A stretch of 32,000 bases of DNA from an uncultured Lentisphaeria bacterium (GTDB lineage Bacteria > Verrucomicrobiota > Lentisphaeria > JABSQK01 > JAJFLO01): NCBI GenBank assembly GCA_951812855.1, contig OX638337.1, positions 1,620,001 through 1,652,000 on the forward strand, written 5' to 3'. A program made the translations under genes and the position numbers. Under the pieces are notes generated by a model that searched no databases, had not been told where the DNA came from, and was given only the letters and a program-made list of their open reading frames with translations. Numbering within the stretch: the first letter of the stretch is position 1; the number at the start of each line of letters is the position of its first letter. Below, piece after piece: positions 1 through 8,664 of this stretch.

Positions 1-3000
1 GAAGGTGCCATCGGGGCGGACGGTACATTTAAGGTGAATGCCGATGCTGATGGTGACGGTGTTACATCAGATGAAACATACAATATTGCAAATCATGCAG
101 TTGATGGAGCAGCAATTATTGTGGATAGTGCAGCAGCCAGGATTGCGAACAACAATATTTTAGGTAACGGAACGGGTATTCATCTCTTGGATATTGCTAC
201 AACTGTAAATGACAAAGCGGTTGCTACCACTCTTGATTATAACAGGATTGGAACAATCGGAGCACCGGCAAAAACTGCAGCTGAAACAGATATCGATGGA
301 CCTTCCGGTGATGGGTTGGGAGTAGGGTTTCATATTGCACACGAAACAGTAAAAGCTGATGCGGGAAACAACCTCGGTGATTTAACGGGAGCAATTACCG
401 ATGGGGATTCTGTTGTATATAATTCTAGTGATCTCAGAGTTGAAGGTTCAAACATTTATGATATAGCCACTCAGTTGCTCAACGTACGCGGAAATGTGAA
501 CGCTAATGCCTTGGCGATAAGTGATGATAAGACCGATGCTGCAGGTTTTCAGGTGCCGTTGGCTGCTGCGATTACGAATGCTGATTCAGCTGATGATGTA
601 GATTTAGGAACCACAACGGTTAGTTCTGTGATAACAGATATCAGTGTTGCAGTTACCGCTGTTAATAGCAGTGACACCGACCCGAATAAGGAACCGCCTG
701 CCTCAGTGAAGATTGCGACAGAAATTTCAAATTCCGATGCAGGTATAGATACAAGTAAAGATGCAGGTAAAACTGAAGAAGAAAACCGAGTTGCTCTGCA
801 GGAAAAAGTTAATGCTATCCTGGATGGCATTAAGCAGGAGCTTGCCAAACTCAATAAGGATAACACTGTCACAAAATTTGTTTTTGAGCTTAAACTTCCT
901 CCAGCCGATGTTGATGGAGTACATTTTAATGCATTCAACGTGCCGGGAGCAGAATTCATAATAAAAAAAGCAACGGGTGTTGTTGTGCTTACTGTGGGAA
1001 CACCTGCGTTGACGGTTGGAGATGGCGTGACATTGACTCTTCAGGGAACAGTCGTAACAGATTCAGACGGAAATGTAGTTAATTCCATTCAAGTTAAAAA
1101 CACCGATAAAACCGAAGTCGGTGATTCTCCAACTATTCTAGTGGAAAGTGGTGGTACTCTCAAAATTCGTAACGTAACCCTTGGTGAATCAACCATATTT
1201 GACCAGGCAGTAATAAAGATTGAGGGAACCGGGGTGTTAGATCTGGGAACAGCTGCTGATCTTGGAAATAATACGCTTACTGTTAACCCGCGAGTTAATG
1301 AAACAGACGGAACCATAACCAATTCAGCCTATCCGCATGGATTGTTCATTCTGCATAATGGATCAGTTGATGTAAGTGCACTTGGGAATATATGGATTGA
1401 TAATACAGCAGGTGCAAACACAGATATAAGCAAAGATAATGCAAAGATTCAAGCATTAATTGATACGTCGGGAGGTTCTGCAAAGGTAACAGTACTTCCA
1501 GCATTAAATGATGCTCCGACATTTGTTAAAGGTGCTGACATAACAATAAATCAAGATGTGGGACCTCAGACTGAATTTGCCTGGGCAACAGACATTAGTG
1601 CTGGAGCGATTGGCAAATTAGAATCTTTCACACTGACTGCAGTTTCTATCACTGTCCCTACTGCAGATGGATCAGGTACTGAGTCCGGAGCAGCAGAAAC
1701 TTTCTTTAAAGATGCACCAACAGTTGATAAGGATACAGGTGATCTGAAATATACTGTAGCTGACGGAATAACAGGTACCGCGACATACACTATCCATGCT
1801 ACCGATAATGGACCGGGAACAGGCGGTAATATTAATGTTAGTGCTAAGCAATCATTTACGATTACTGTACAGAAATTAAATGATGCTCCGACATTTGTTA
1901 AAGGTGCTGATATAACAATAAGTCAAGATGCGGGACCTCAGACTGAATCTGCCTGGGCAACAAACATTAGTGCTGGAGTGGTTGGCGAATTAGCATCTTT
2001 CACACTGACTGCAGTTTCTATCACTGTCCCTACTGTAGATGGATCGGGTACCGAGTCTGCAACAGAAGAAACTTTCTTTAAAGTTGCACCAACAGTTGAT
2101 GTGACTTCAGGTGATCTGAAATATACTGTAGCTGACGGAAAAACAGGTACCGCGAAATACACTATCTATGCTGCCGATAATGGACCGGGAACAGGCGGTA
2201 ATATTAATGTTAGTGCTAAGCAATCATTTACGATTACTGTACAGAAATTAAATGATGCTCCGACATTTGTTAAAGGTGCTGATATAACAATAAATCAAGA
2301 TGCGGGACCTCAGACTGAATTTGCCTGGGCAACAAACATTAGTGCTGGAGTGGTTGGCGAATTAGAATCTTTCACACTGGCTCCAGTTTCTATCGCTGTC
2401 CCTACTGCAGATGGATCGGATACCGAGTACACAACAGAAGCAACTTTCTTTAAAGTTGCACCAACAGTTGATAAGACTACAGGTGATCTGAAATATACTG
2501 TAGCTGACGGAAAAACAGGTACCGCGAAATACACTATCCAGGCTACCGATGATGGACCGGGAACAGGCGGTAATATTAATATTAGTGCTAAGCAATCATT
2601 TACGATTACTGTACAGAAATTAAATGATGCTCCGACATTTGTTAAAGGTGCTGATATAACAATAAATCAAGATGCGGGACCTCAGACTGAATTTGCCTGG
2701 GCAACAAACATTAGTGCTGGAGTGGTTGGCGAATTAGCATCTTTCACACTGGCTCCAGTTTCTATCGCTGTCCCTACTGCAGATGGATCGGGTACTGAGT
2801 CCGCAACAGAAGAAACTTTCTTTAAAGTTGCACCAACAGTTGATAAGACTACAGGTAATCTGAAATATACTGTAGCTGACGGAAAAACAGGTACCGCGAA
2901 ATACACTATCCATGCTACCGATGATGGACCGGGAACAGGCGGTAATATCAATGTTAGTGCTAAGCAATCATTTACGATTACTGTACAGAAAGGCGTTATA

Positions 3001-6000
3001 GTCGCAAAAACCCCTGATAAAAGCGTACCAACAGGTGATTTGGCACATTTTCCTCTTAACGAAGCAACCTGGAATGGAACAGCAGGTGAAGTTAAAGACA
3101 GTACAGGACTTGGAGCAGATGGAACCGCTAAAAATGGTGCCAAGACTGTTGCAGTCGAAGATAATGAAGCATTGACTCGTGCCGGTTCTTTTGATATTTC
3201 TGATCATTTTATTGCAATTGATACTGAAGGTAAACGAAGTATTATCACAAATGCTGACGGAGATCTTACTCTTACTGCATGGATAAAAACTACCAATAGG
3301 AGTGGGTTGCGTCATATTGCCGGGAAGTCTGCTTTTAGGAAAGACGGAGCGTTCGCGTTAATCTTGTCGAGCGGCAGGGCTATATTTTATGTAAATGGTT
3401 CAAGGCGGTTTCTGAGAGCAAAAGATAATGTAGCGACTGGAAAATGGGTACATTTGGCAGGTGTGTATGATGCCAGTGAAGGGACACTGAATCTATATGT
3501 CGATGGAAAATCAGTAGAGAATGATAACAAGGGAGCAGTGACCTTAAGCCTGGATAATGCCGTACCATTTACAATTGGTGGAGATGACGATGCTAGTTCT
3601 CAAGTAAGGAACTTTGATGGTTTGATTGGAGGGGTAAACGTATTTTCTACGGCTCAATCACCGGAAAACATCGCAGCAATAGCAAGTAACACGGCTTCTG
3701 AGTCTGAGTCTGAGCCGACTATAGGGTTTGTTATTTCAAAGGTTGAGACTGCAGATGTGGATTCAAATGGAAAACTTGACGCTCTGTTAATTACCTTTTC
3801 TGCTGCAATTGATGACGCAACATTTACTCAAGCCTTGATTTCAGGTGGTAATCTGGTTATAAAGAATGGAACGACCGATCTTAAAGCATCGTTAACAGTC
3901 GACCCAGCCAACAACACGTTGGATGGCGATGTTAATAATAATAGATATGTTATAAAAATTAATGAAGATGCAGGTCTGAATACGGGGGATACACCGACAG
4001 TGGCGTATACAAAACCGGCTACTGGAGGAATTACCAGTTCCGCGGCTGCCGGGTCTGTTTCACTCCCAAGTGTGACAATGACTGCAACAGATTCAGCTAA
4101 GCCGGCGCCTGAGCCTACTGAGCCTACTGAGCCTGAGCCGACTATAGGGTTTGTTATTTCAAAGGTTGAGACTGCAGATGTGGATTCAAATGGAAAACTT
4201 GACGCTCTGTTAATTACCTTTTCTGCTGCAATTGATGACGCAACATTTACTCAAGCCTTGATTTCAGGTGGTAATCTGGTTATAAAGAATGGAACGACCG
4301 ATCTTAAAGCATCGTTAACAGTCGACCCAGCCAACAACACGTTGGATGGCGATGTTAATAATAATAGATATGTTATAAAAATTAATGAAGATGCAGGTCT
4401 GAATACGGGGGATACACCGACAGTGGCGTATACAAAACCGGCTACTGGAGGAATTACCAGTTCCGCGGCTGCCGGGTCTGTTTCACTCCCAAGTGTGACA
4501 ATGACTGCAACAGATTCAGCTAAGCCGGCGCCTGAGCCTACTGAGCCTGCTGAGCCTGCTGAGCCTGCTGAGCCTGCTGAGCCTGCTGAGCCTGCTGAGC
4601 CTGCTGAGCCTGCTGAGCCTGAGCCGACTATAGGGTTTGTTATTTCAGAGGTTGAGACTGCAGATGTGGATTCAAATGGAAAACTTGACGCTCTGTTAAT
4701 TACCTTTTCTGCTGCAATTGATGACGCAACATTTACTCAAACCTTGATTTCAGGTGGTAATCTGGTTATAAAGAATGGAACGACCGATCTTAAAGCATCG
4801 TTAACAGTCGACCCAGCCAACAACACGTTGGATGGCGATGTTAATAATAATAGATATGTTATAAAAATTAATGAAGATGCAGGTCTGAATACGGGGGATA
4901 CACCGACAGTGGCGTATACAAAACCGGCTACTGGAGGAATTACCAGTTCCGCGGCTGCCGGGTCTGTTTCACTCCCAAGTGTGACAATGACTGCAACAGA
5001 TTCAGCTAAGCCGGTTGTGCTCAGTGCAAGTGCTGATTATAATACGAGCATTCGTAAACTGTCTATTACATTAAGTGAGAGGGTTGCTGCAACCTCAACT
5101 GACCTTTCAAAATTACATTTAAATGACGTTGCGGGAACGGACATTGTTACATTGACCGGAGCAACGAATTCCTCCACAGGCAAGGTAAATGTGATTAATT
5201 TGAAACTGATGCTGACACAACTTCGGAATGTACTTAAGATTTCCAGTCATCCTGAGGCAACTGGAACAGCGGGTGCAGTAGTATTGGACTCTGATTCTGG
5301 TGCGTTTACCGACGCTTCAGCGTCTGCAAATAAAAGTGCAGCTAAAGACAGTGTAAAGGTTACGGAAGTATTGGATTCAACGTCGCCTAAGGTAACGAAG
5401 GTTTCAGGCAAAGCAGGTAAGTTTGGTCCCGGTCAGGTTATTACAGTAACAGCTCAATTTAACGAAGTTGTTGACGTAACGGGTCCTGTTACTCTGGGAC
5501 TGACTCTTAGCAGTGGAAATGTAGTAGCAAACTATCTTTCAGGTGGCGGAACTGATACACTTACGTTCACTTACAAAACAGCTGCCGATAGAAGTGATTA
5601 TACGAGTGCGGGCGACTTAGTTGAATTTACTCCTGCCAATACTATTGGCGGGACGGGAACAGTTGCAGACGTTAGTGGTAATGAACTGGCTGACGCAGAC
5701 AAATCATTAGGTACCGGCGTTGCTAAACTCTCAACAAATGCTGAGATTCGTATTCTTAATACATCTATCACTATTGCCGTTCCGGGTACAAGAGAGGGGC
5801 AAAAATTTACCGCCACCGTTTCGTCAAATACACTTGGTCTTCAAGCACTGAATTTTACGATAATTTGCGAGAACAGCCAAATCGGGGAACTCAGTAATTT
5901 TGAGTTGCTCTCTAAGGGTGGTGCTACTTTAAGTTCAGATGCTGCTCTTGAGGGTGTCACTTCCTGGAAATCGGGTACTACAACCGTATACTTTGTGTCG

Positions 6001-6978
6001 GTGCGTAGTACCGAAAATGGTAAAGTTGCCGTTAAGGCTTCCGGAGACGTATTGACATTTACCGGCAGCGTTTTGGTTGGAGCCAAAGATAATACAGGTA
6101 CAGCTCTAAAAATTGGGAATGAATCCGGATCACTATCAATTGATTCAAAAGGTGCGGATGTTGAACTCGCTACTAACGCTGTAGCCGATTTTATTGATAC
6201 CCAATATAATCGTCTTGACGTAAATGAGAGTGGAAAAGTAGAGGCCGTAACTGATGGAGCCTGGATATTCAGAGCGGCACTCTATGGTGGTTTAGACGGA
6301 CTGGTACCAATTAACCGATCTGCTGAAGGAAGTAAAGAAGAAAATTTAGCGAAGGATCTGATTATTATCAGAAATGTAAATGGAGCCGGGCGTGTACCTG
6401 CGGGATCTGCGGGTTCATTTAATGTTGATGGAACTGGATCATTTGATGCGGGAACAGATGCAATTTACATTTTTAACAGATTGTCAGCATTAGCAGACGA
6501 TTCTGGAACAGTTAATACAGATACTAGTACTATTCCATCGCAGAACCGGGACGGTTTCACACCCGACCAAATTATTGCAATTAATAATGCTATTGATGCG
6601 TTGAATGCTGAAGCTGAGGATACATTAAACCCGGGTATTTTTGCAGGCACAGATCTTAAAAGATTGATAGATACTCAGAAACCCTTGTTAATTGGATTTA
6701 ACGAACATGTGAGAATCGCCCTCACGTCAAGTAATACTGACGAAGGGAAACTTTTGAATTCAACAAATATTCAAACGTTGATTGCCGACGAAGAATTTAT
6801 CAAAATAACAGGTAATCCAGAAACTACTACCTACACGTATGCAGTAGGTTCTGGTGCCAGAGTTATTACGGTAACTCCTTCAGGAGCCTGGTCAAAAGAT
6901 ACGAAGGTCCGTGTTAAGGAAACATTAGTGCAGGATGTTGAGGGTCTTGCCGGAACACGTACAGTTATTTTCGAATAG
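1..6978 (+). CDS. Giant modular cell-surface / adhesin-like protein, 5'-truncated by the window edge
   Basis: Frame 1 is open from nt 1, with no stop before the GTG at 34 used by the ORF track, so the N-terminus is off-window. Stop TAG is at 6976-6978 and is followed by a strong terminator. Motifs in the translation: 'NNILGNGTGIHL' beta-helix-like repeats; 4x 'LNDAPTFVKGADITINQD...FTITVQK' cadherin-like units. A LamG-like segment follows: 'LTLTAWIKT...GKWVHLAGVYD...LYVDG...NFDGLIGGVNVF'. Then 3x 'EPTIGFVISKVETADVDSNGKLDALLITFSAAIDD...'. Cohesin-like and dockerin-like segments and an SbsA-Ig-like tail lie near the C-terminus. Confidence 0.9.
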   Translation, partial: EGAIGADGTFKVNADADGDGVTSDETYNIANHAVDGAAIIVDSAAARIANNNILGNGTGIHLLDIATTVNDKAVATTLDYNRIGTIGAPAKTAAETDIDGPSGDGLGVGFHIAHETVKADAGNNLGDLTGAITDGDSVVYNSSDLRVEGSNIYDIATQLLNVRGNVNANALAISDDKTDAAGFQVPLAAAITNADSADDVDLGTTTVSSVITDISVAVTAVNSSDTDPNKEPPASVKIATEISNSDAGIDTSKDAGKTEEENRVALQEKVNAILDGIKQELAKLNKDNTVTKFVFELKLPPADVDGVHFNAFNVPGAEFIIKKATGVVVLTVGTPALTVGDGVTLTLQGTVVTDSDGNVVNSIQVKNTDKTEVGDSPTILVESGGTLKIRNVTLGESTIFDQAVIKIEGTGVLDLGTAADLGNNTLTVNPRVNETDGTITNSAYPHGLFILHNGSVDVSALGNIWIDNTAGANTDISKDNAKIQALIDTSGGSAKVTVLPALNDAPTFVKGADITINQDVGPQTEFAWATDISAGAIGKLESFTLTAVSITVPTADGSGTESGAAETFFKDAPTVDKDTGDLKYTVADGITGTATYTIHATDNGPGTGGNINVSAKQSFTITVQKLNDAPTFVKGADITISQDAGPQTESAWATNISAGVVGELASFTLTAVSITVPTVDGSGTESATEETFFKVAPTVDVTSGDLKYTVADGKTGTAKYTIYAADNGPGTGGNINVSAKQSFTITVQKLNDAPTFVKGADITINQDAGPQTEFAWATNISAGVVGELESFTLAPVSIAVPTADGSDTEYTTEATFFKVAPTVDKTTGDLKYTVADGKTGTAKYTIQATDDGPGTGGNINISAKQSFTITVQKLNDAPTFVKGADITINQDAGPQTEFAWATNISAGVVGELASFTLAPVSIAVPTADGSGTESATEETFFKVAPTVDKTTGNLKYTVADGKTGTAKYTIHATDDGPGTGGNINVSAKQSFTITVQKGVIVAKTPDKSVPTGDLAHFPLNEATWNGTAGEVKDSTGLGADGTAKNGAKTVAVEDNEALTRAGSFDISDHFIAIDTEGKRSIITNADGDLTLTAWIKTTNRSGLRHIAGKSAFRKDGAFALILSSGRAIFYVNGSRRFLRAKDNVATGKWVHLAGVYDASEGTLNLYVDGKSVENDNKGAVTLSLDNAVPFTIGGDDDASSQVRNFDGLIGGVNVFSTAQSPENIAAIASNTASESESEPTIGFVISKVETADVDSNGKLDALLITFSAAIDDATFTQALISGGNLVIKNGTTDLKASLTVDPANNTLDGDVNNNRYVIKINEDAGLNTGDTPTVAYTKPATGGITSSAAAGSVSLPSVTMTATDSAKPAPEPTEPTEPEPTIGFVISKVETADVDSNGKLDALLITFSAAIDDATFTQALISGGNLVIKNGTTDLKASLTVDPANNTLDGDVNNNRYVIKINEDAGLNTGDTPTVAYTKPATGGITSSAAAGSVSLPSVTMTATDSAKPAPEPTEPAEPAEPAEPAEPAEPAEPAEPAEPEPTIGFVISEVETADVDSNGKLDALLITFSAAIDDATFTQTLISGGNLVIKNGTTDLKASLTVDPANNTLDGDVNNNRYVIKINEDAGLNTGDTPTVAYTKPATGGITSSAAAGSVSLPSVTMTATDSAKPVVLSASADYNTSIRKLSITLSERVAATSTDLSKLHLNDVAGTDIVTLTGATNSSTGKVNVINLKLMLTQLRNVLKISSHPEATGTAGAVVLDSDSGAFTDASASANKSAAKDSVKVTEVLDSTSPKVTKVSGKAGKFGPGQVITVTAQFNEVVDVTGPVTLGLTLSSGNVVANYLSGGGTDTLTFTYKTAADRSDYTSAGDLVEFTPANTIGGTGTVADVSGNELADADKSLGTGVAKLSTNAEIRILNTSITIAVPGTREGQKFTATVSSNTLGLQALNFTIICENSQIGELSNFELLSKGGATLSSDAALEGVTSWKSGTTTVYFVSVRSTENGKVAVKASGDVLTFTGSVLVGAKDNTGTALKIGNESGSLSIDSKGADVELATNAVADFIDTQYNRLDVNESGKVEAVTDGAWIFRAALYGGLDGLVPINRSAEGSKEENLAKDLIIIRNVNGAGRVPAGSAGSFNVDGTGSFDAGTDAIYIFNRLSALADDSGTVNTDTSTIPSQNRDGFTPDQIIAINNAIDALNAEAEDTLNPGIFAGTDLKRLIDTQKPLLIGFNEHVRIALTSSNTDEGKLLNSTNIQTLIADEEFIKITGNPETTTYTYAVGSGARVITVTPSGAWSKDTKVRVKETLVQDVEGLAGTRTVIFE
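1504..2991 (+). repeat. Four in-frame tandem repeats of 372 bp (124 aa) encoding cadherin-like 'NDAPTF' domains
   Basis: 'ttaaatgatgctccgacatttgttaaaggtgctga' recurs at 1504, 1876, 2248 and 2620, an exact 372-nt period. The antisense shadow ORFs in the ORF track repeat with the same period. Copies are clearly diverged: a by-eye alignment of copies 1 and 2 shows roughly 30 mismatches. Confidence 0.95.
3712..5014 (+). repeat. Three near-identical tandem modules (423, 486 and about 394 bp) encoding a 141-aa domain plus Pro/Glu/Thr/Ala linker
   Basis: 'gagccgactatagggtttgttatttca' starts at 3712, 4135 and 4621. Copies 1 and 2 looked identical at every base I compared. Copy 3 differs at 4648 (K->E) and 4741 (A->T). 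Identity ends at about 5014, where the linker is replaced by 'gttgtgctcagtgca'. Confidence 0.95.
4543..4620 (+). repeat. Perfect 9-bp microsatellite (GAGCCTGCT)x8 plus a partial unit, encoding an (EPA)n linker
   Basis: Read directly: gagcctgct repeated from 4543 to 4614, then gagcct at 4615-4620. The equivalent junction after copy 1 (4114-4134) has only (gagcctact)x2. Confidence 0.97.
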
Positions 6979-7017
6979 ATACATATAACGGGTTATAACT
7001 GTTAGGAACAAAAGATC

Positions 7018-7058
7018 AAAGCCGCAGTCTTATTTTGACTGCGGCTTTTTTTTATTTT
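7018..7058 (+). terminator. Rho-independent terminator of the giant surface-protein gene
   Basis: Stem gccgcagtc (7021-7029) pairs with gactgcggc (7037-7045) around a 7-nt loop. It is extended by aaa/ttt and followed by T8-A-T4, 40 nt after the stop codon. Confidence 0.9.
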
Positions 7059-7505
7059 GTAAAATTTTGATTGATATGCAACAGGGATTAAGGATTATTT
7101 TCCGAAGTATATTTAAAATGACTTTCAAAAAAATTTAAGTTGACAGTTTACACACTAATTATTGTATGCCCGGGATTTAATCACAATCGGTTATATCACA
7201 CTGTTTATTGCTATACTAATGGTATTATTTAACCGTACATTTGATTCTGTTGAACACCAATATTGTACAGACGCATCATACTGAAAGGGGATTTGACTGT
7301 AATATTTTTTATATGATAAAAAGATCGAAAATAGTTATTGTTTTCAATTAGCGTATGCCCGACACCTAATATAACATATTACATAAAAGGATTCGATGAA
7401 GAGTATCATGTACTTTGCTTTAATGATTGGGAGTTTCTTTTACTCATTCCCAGTATAGATATGAATATACTCTGCCTGATAAAATGTATATTTTAAGAAT
7501 TCGAG

Positions 7506-7532
7506 TGCAAAACTTCCTCAGGGAGTTTTGCA
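7506..7532 (+). promoter_or_regulatory. Strong hairpin in the long spacer upstream of the 248-aa cohesin-like gene (possible attenuator or terminator-like element)
   Basis: tgcaaaact (7506-7514) pairs with agttttgca (7524-7532). Inner pairs are t-g, c-g and c-g, leaving a 3-nt loop, and the hairpin is followed by the U-rich 'atttattatttaat'. Function is not established. Confidence 0.35.
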
Positions 7533-7917
7533 ATTTATTATTTAATCCTCCTTCAGGGCTTGTCTGCTGTGGTGGATTTTATTCCCGGTCTGTTGTCGTG
7601 TTTGTTGAACACTCTCATACCGTTCAGCGGTACGAGCTGTCTTACTGCACTCGGTTGCGGGGTAGGGGGACGTTAATTAAATGTTATTCCAATTCCATAT
7701 TTTTAATATGTTAATATTATGTTATCTCATTACTAATTGTCATCTATCAAAATGTGTAACACAAATATCTGTGTAGTATTGAACTGACAATGAGGTATTT
7801 GGAAAAAAGAATATTCCCGGCGAACTTGATGTGTTTTTCAATATAAAATTTGATCTTTGGTTTTTATCGGGATTAAATCAGTTATACTGAACATCTTAAA
7901 ATTAAAAATATCAGAAT

Positions 7918-8664
7918 ATGAATTATAACTTAAAATTTATTTGTTTTTCTATTCTTGCATTTGTTATCGGCTGCAGCGTTTTTTTTCTATTCTTATTTTT
8001 TATAAAGAATCAAGCAGCCCCAAAGCCAGAAGTTTTAGGTGGATCAAAAGAAAATATTAAAACGTCTCAAGCAGAGACCGCAGTTAAAAAATTTGAAAAG
8101 CCGAAAGAGCACAAGCGCAGGGGAAAAAAGGAAATTATTACTTTCATAGAAGAAGAGCTTGAACCTGAAGAATATATTGAAGAAGAGCCGAGTTTAGAGG
8201 AAATTAAGGCTTTTGCAGCATTCTTGCCGGAGGATCTTGAGGATAAACAAAAGATGGTCTATATGGATATAGGTAATTATGATGTTGATACAGGTGAAGA
8301 ATTTGAAATTAGTATTCGAGTGGATGCACCGGCGTTGGTTAATTTTTCATTAATGATGGAGTTTAATCAGGAATTTATTGAGTATGTCAGCGATAGTGCC
8401 AAAGCTGTCGGGAAGATGTTCCGCTATGGTATTGAGTTTTATGCTCAAAACGACAAAGGAAGAATGATTTTGATCAGCAAAGGACATCCCGGGGCGAAGC
8501 AGACAGAAAAAGTAGAAGATAGACCGGTTGCCGTTTTTCGAATGAAAGCAAAACAGTCCGGTATTACGAAAATAAATTTTTCAGGAAAAGGTATCATTCT
8601 CCTTGATCCGTTTGGAGGTAAATTAGAGTACGACGTTAAGGGTGGAGTCATTGAGATACGATAA
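7918..8664 (+). CDS. Membrane-anchored protein: N-terminal TM anchor, acidic linker, C-terminal cohesin-like module
   Basis: 248-aa ORF with an ATG start. Hydrophobic N-terminus 'FICFSILAFVIGCSVFFLFLFFI'; Glu-rich linker 'EEELEPEEYIEEEPSLEE'. C-terminal pattern 'GEEFEISIRVDAPALVNFSLMMEFNQEFIEYV...VAVFRMKAKQSGITKINF...GGVIEI' resembles cohesin domains. Confidence 0.7.
   Translation: MNYNLKFICFSILAFVIGCSVFFLFLFFIKNQAAPKPEVLGGSKENIKTSQAETAVKKFEKPKEHKRRGKKEIITFIEEELEPEEYIEEEPSLEEIKAFAAFLPEDLEDKQKMVYMDIGNYDVDTGEEFEISIRVDAPALVNFSLMMEFNQEFIEYVSDSAKAVGKMFRYGIEFYAQNDKGRMILISKGHPGAKQTEKVEDRPVAVFRMKAKQSGITKINFSGKGIILLDPFGGKLEYDVKGGVIEIR

Noticed and set aside
1822-1833. ops-like 'GGCGGTAATATT' (recurring at 2194, 2566 and 2938), and 'GGCGGTTTATGTG' at 12739-12751, considered as possible RfaH recruitment sites
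   Set aside because: They match the E. coli ops consensus GGCGGTAGnnTG only partially. The first set lies inside coding repeats and encodes 'GGN'. The second lies inside the LamG remnant. There is no positional support as operon leaders.
1504-5014. Tandem direct repeats considered as a possible CRISPR array or satellite
   Set aside because: The units are 372-486 bp, contiguous with no unique spacers, and in frame within a protein-coding ORF where they encode recognisable domains. They are coding domain repeats.
160-6650. Many 60-150-aa minus-strand and alternate-frame ORFs inside the giant gene, e.g. 549-959, 1566-1790, 1938-2162, 2310-2534, 2682-3143, 2968-3315, 5841-6086
   Set aside because: They lie entirely within a long, strongly supported plus-strand ORF. 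Several simply repeat with the 372-bp period of the coding repeats, so they are shadow ORFs and not genes.
7427-7714. 95-aa ORF in the spacer upstream of the 248-aa cohesin-like gene
   Set aside because: No RBS, Cys/Arg-rich odd composition, no recognisable motif, and it spans a hairpin and AT-rich non-coding-looking sequence. The region is treated as a spacer that may carry RNA or regulatory elements.
7979-7986. T8 homopolymer in the 5' coding region of the 248-aa gene, considered as a phase-variation switch
   Set aside because: It encodes the Phe-rich TM anchor, and similar T/A runs occur elsewhere in this AT-rich sequence (e.g. about 30224 and about 30727). There is no evidence of length heterogeneity from a single sequence.
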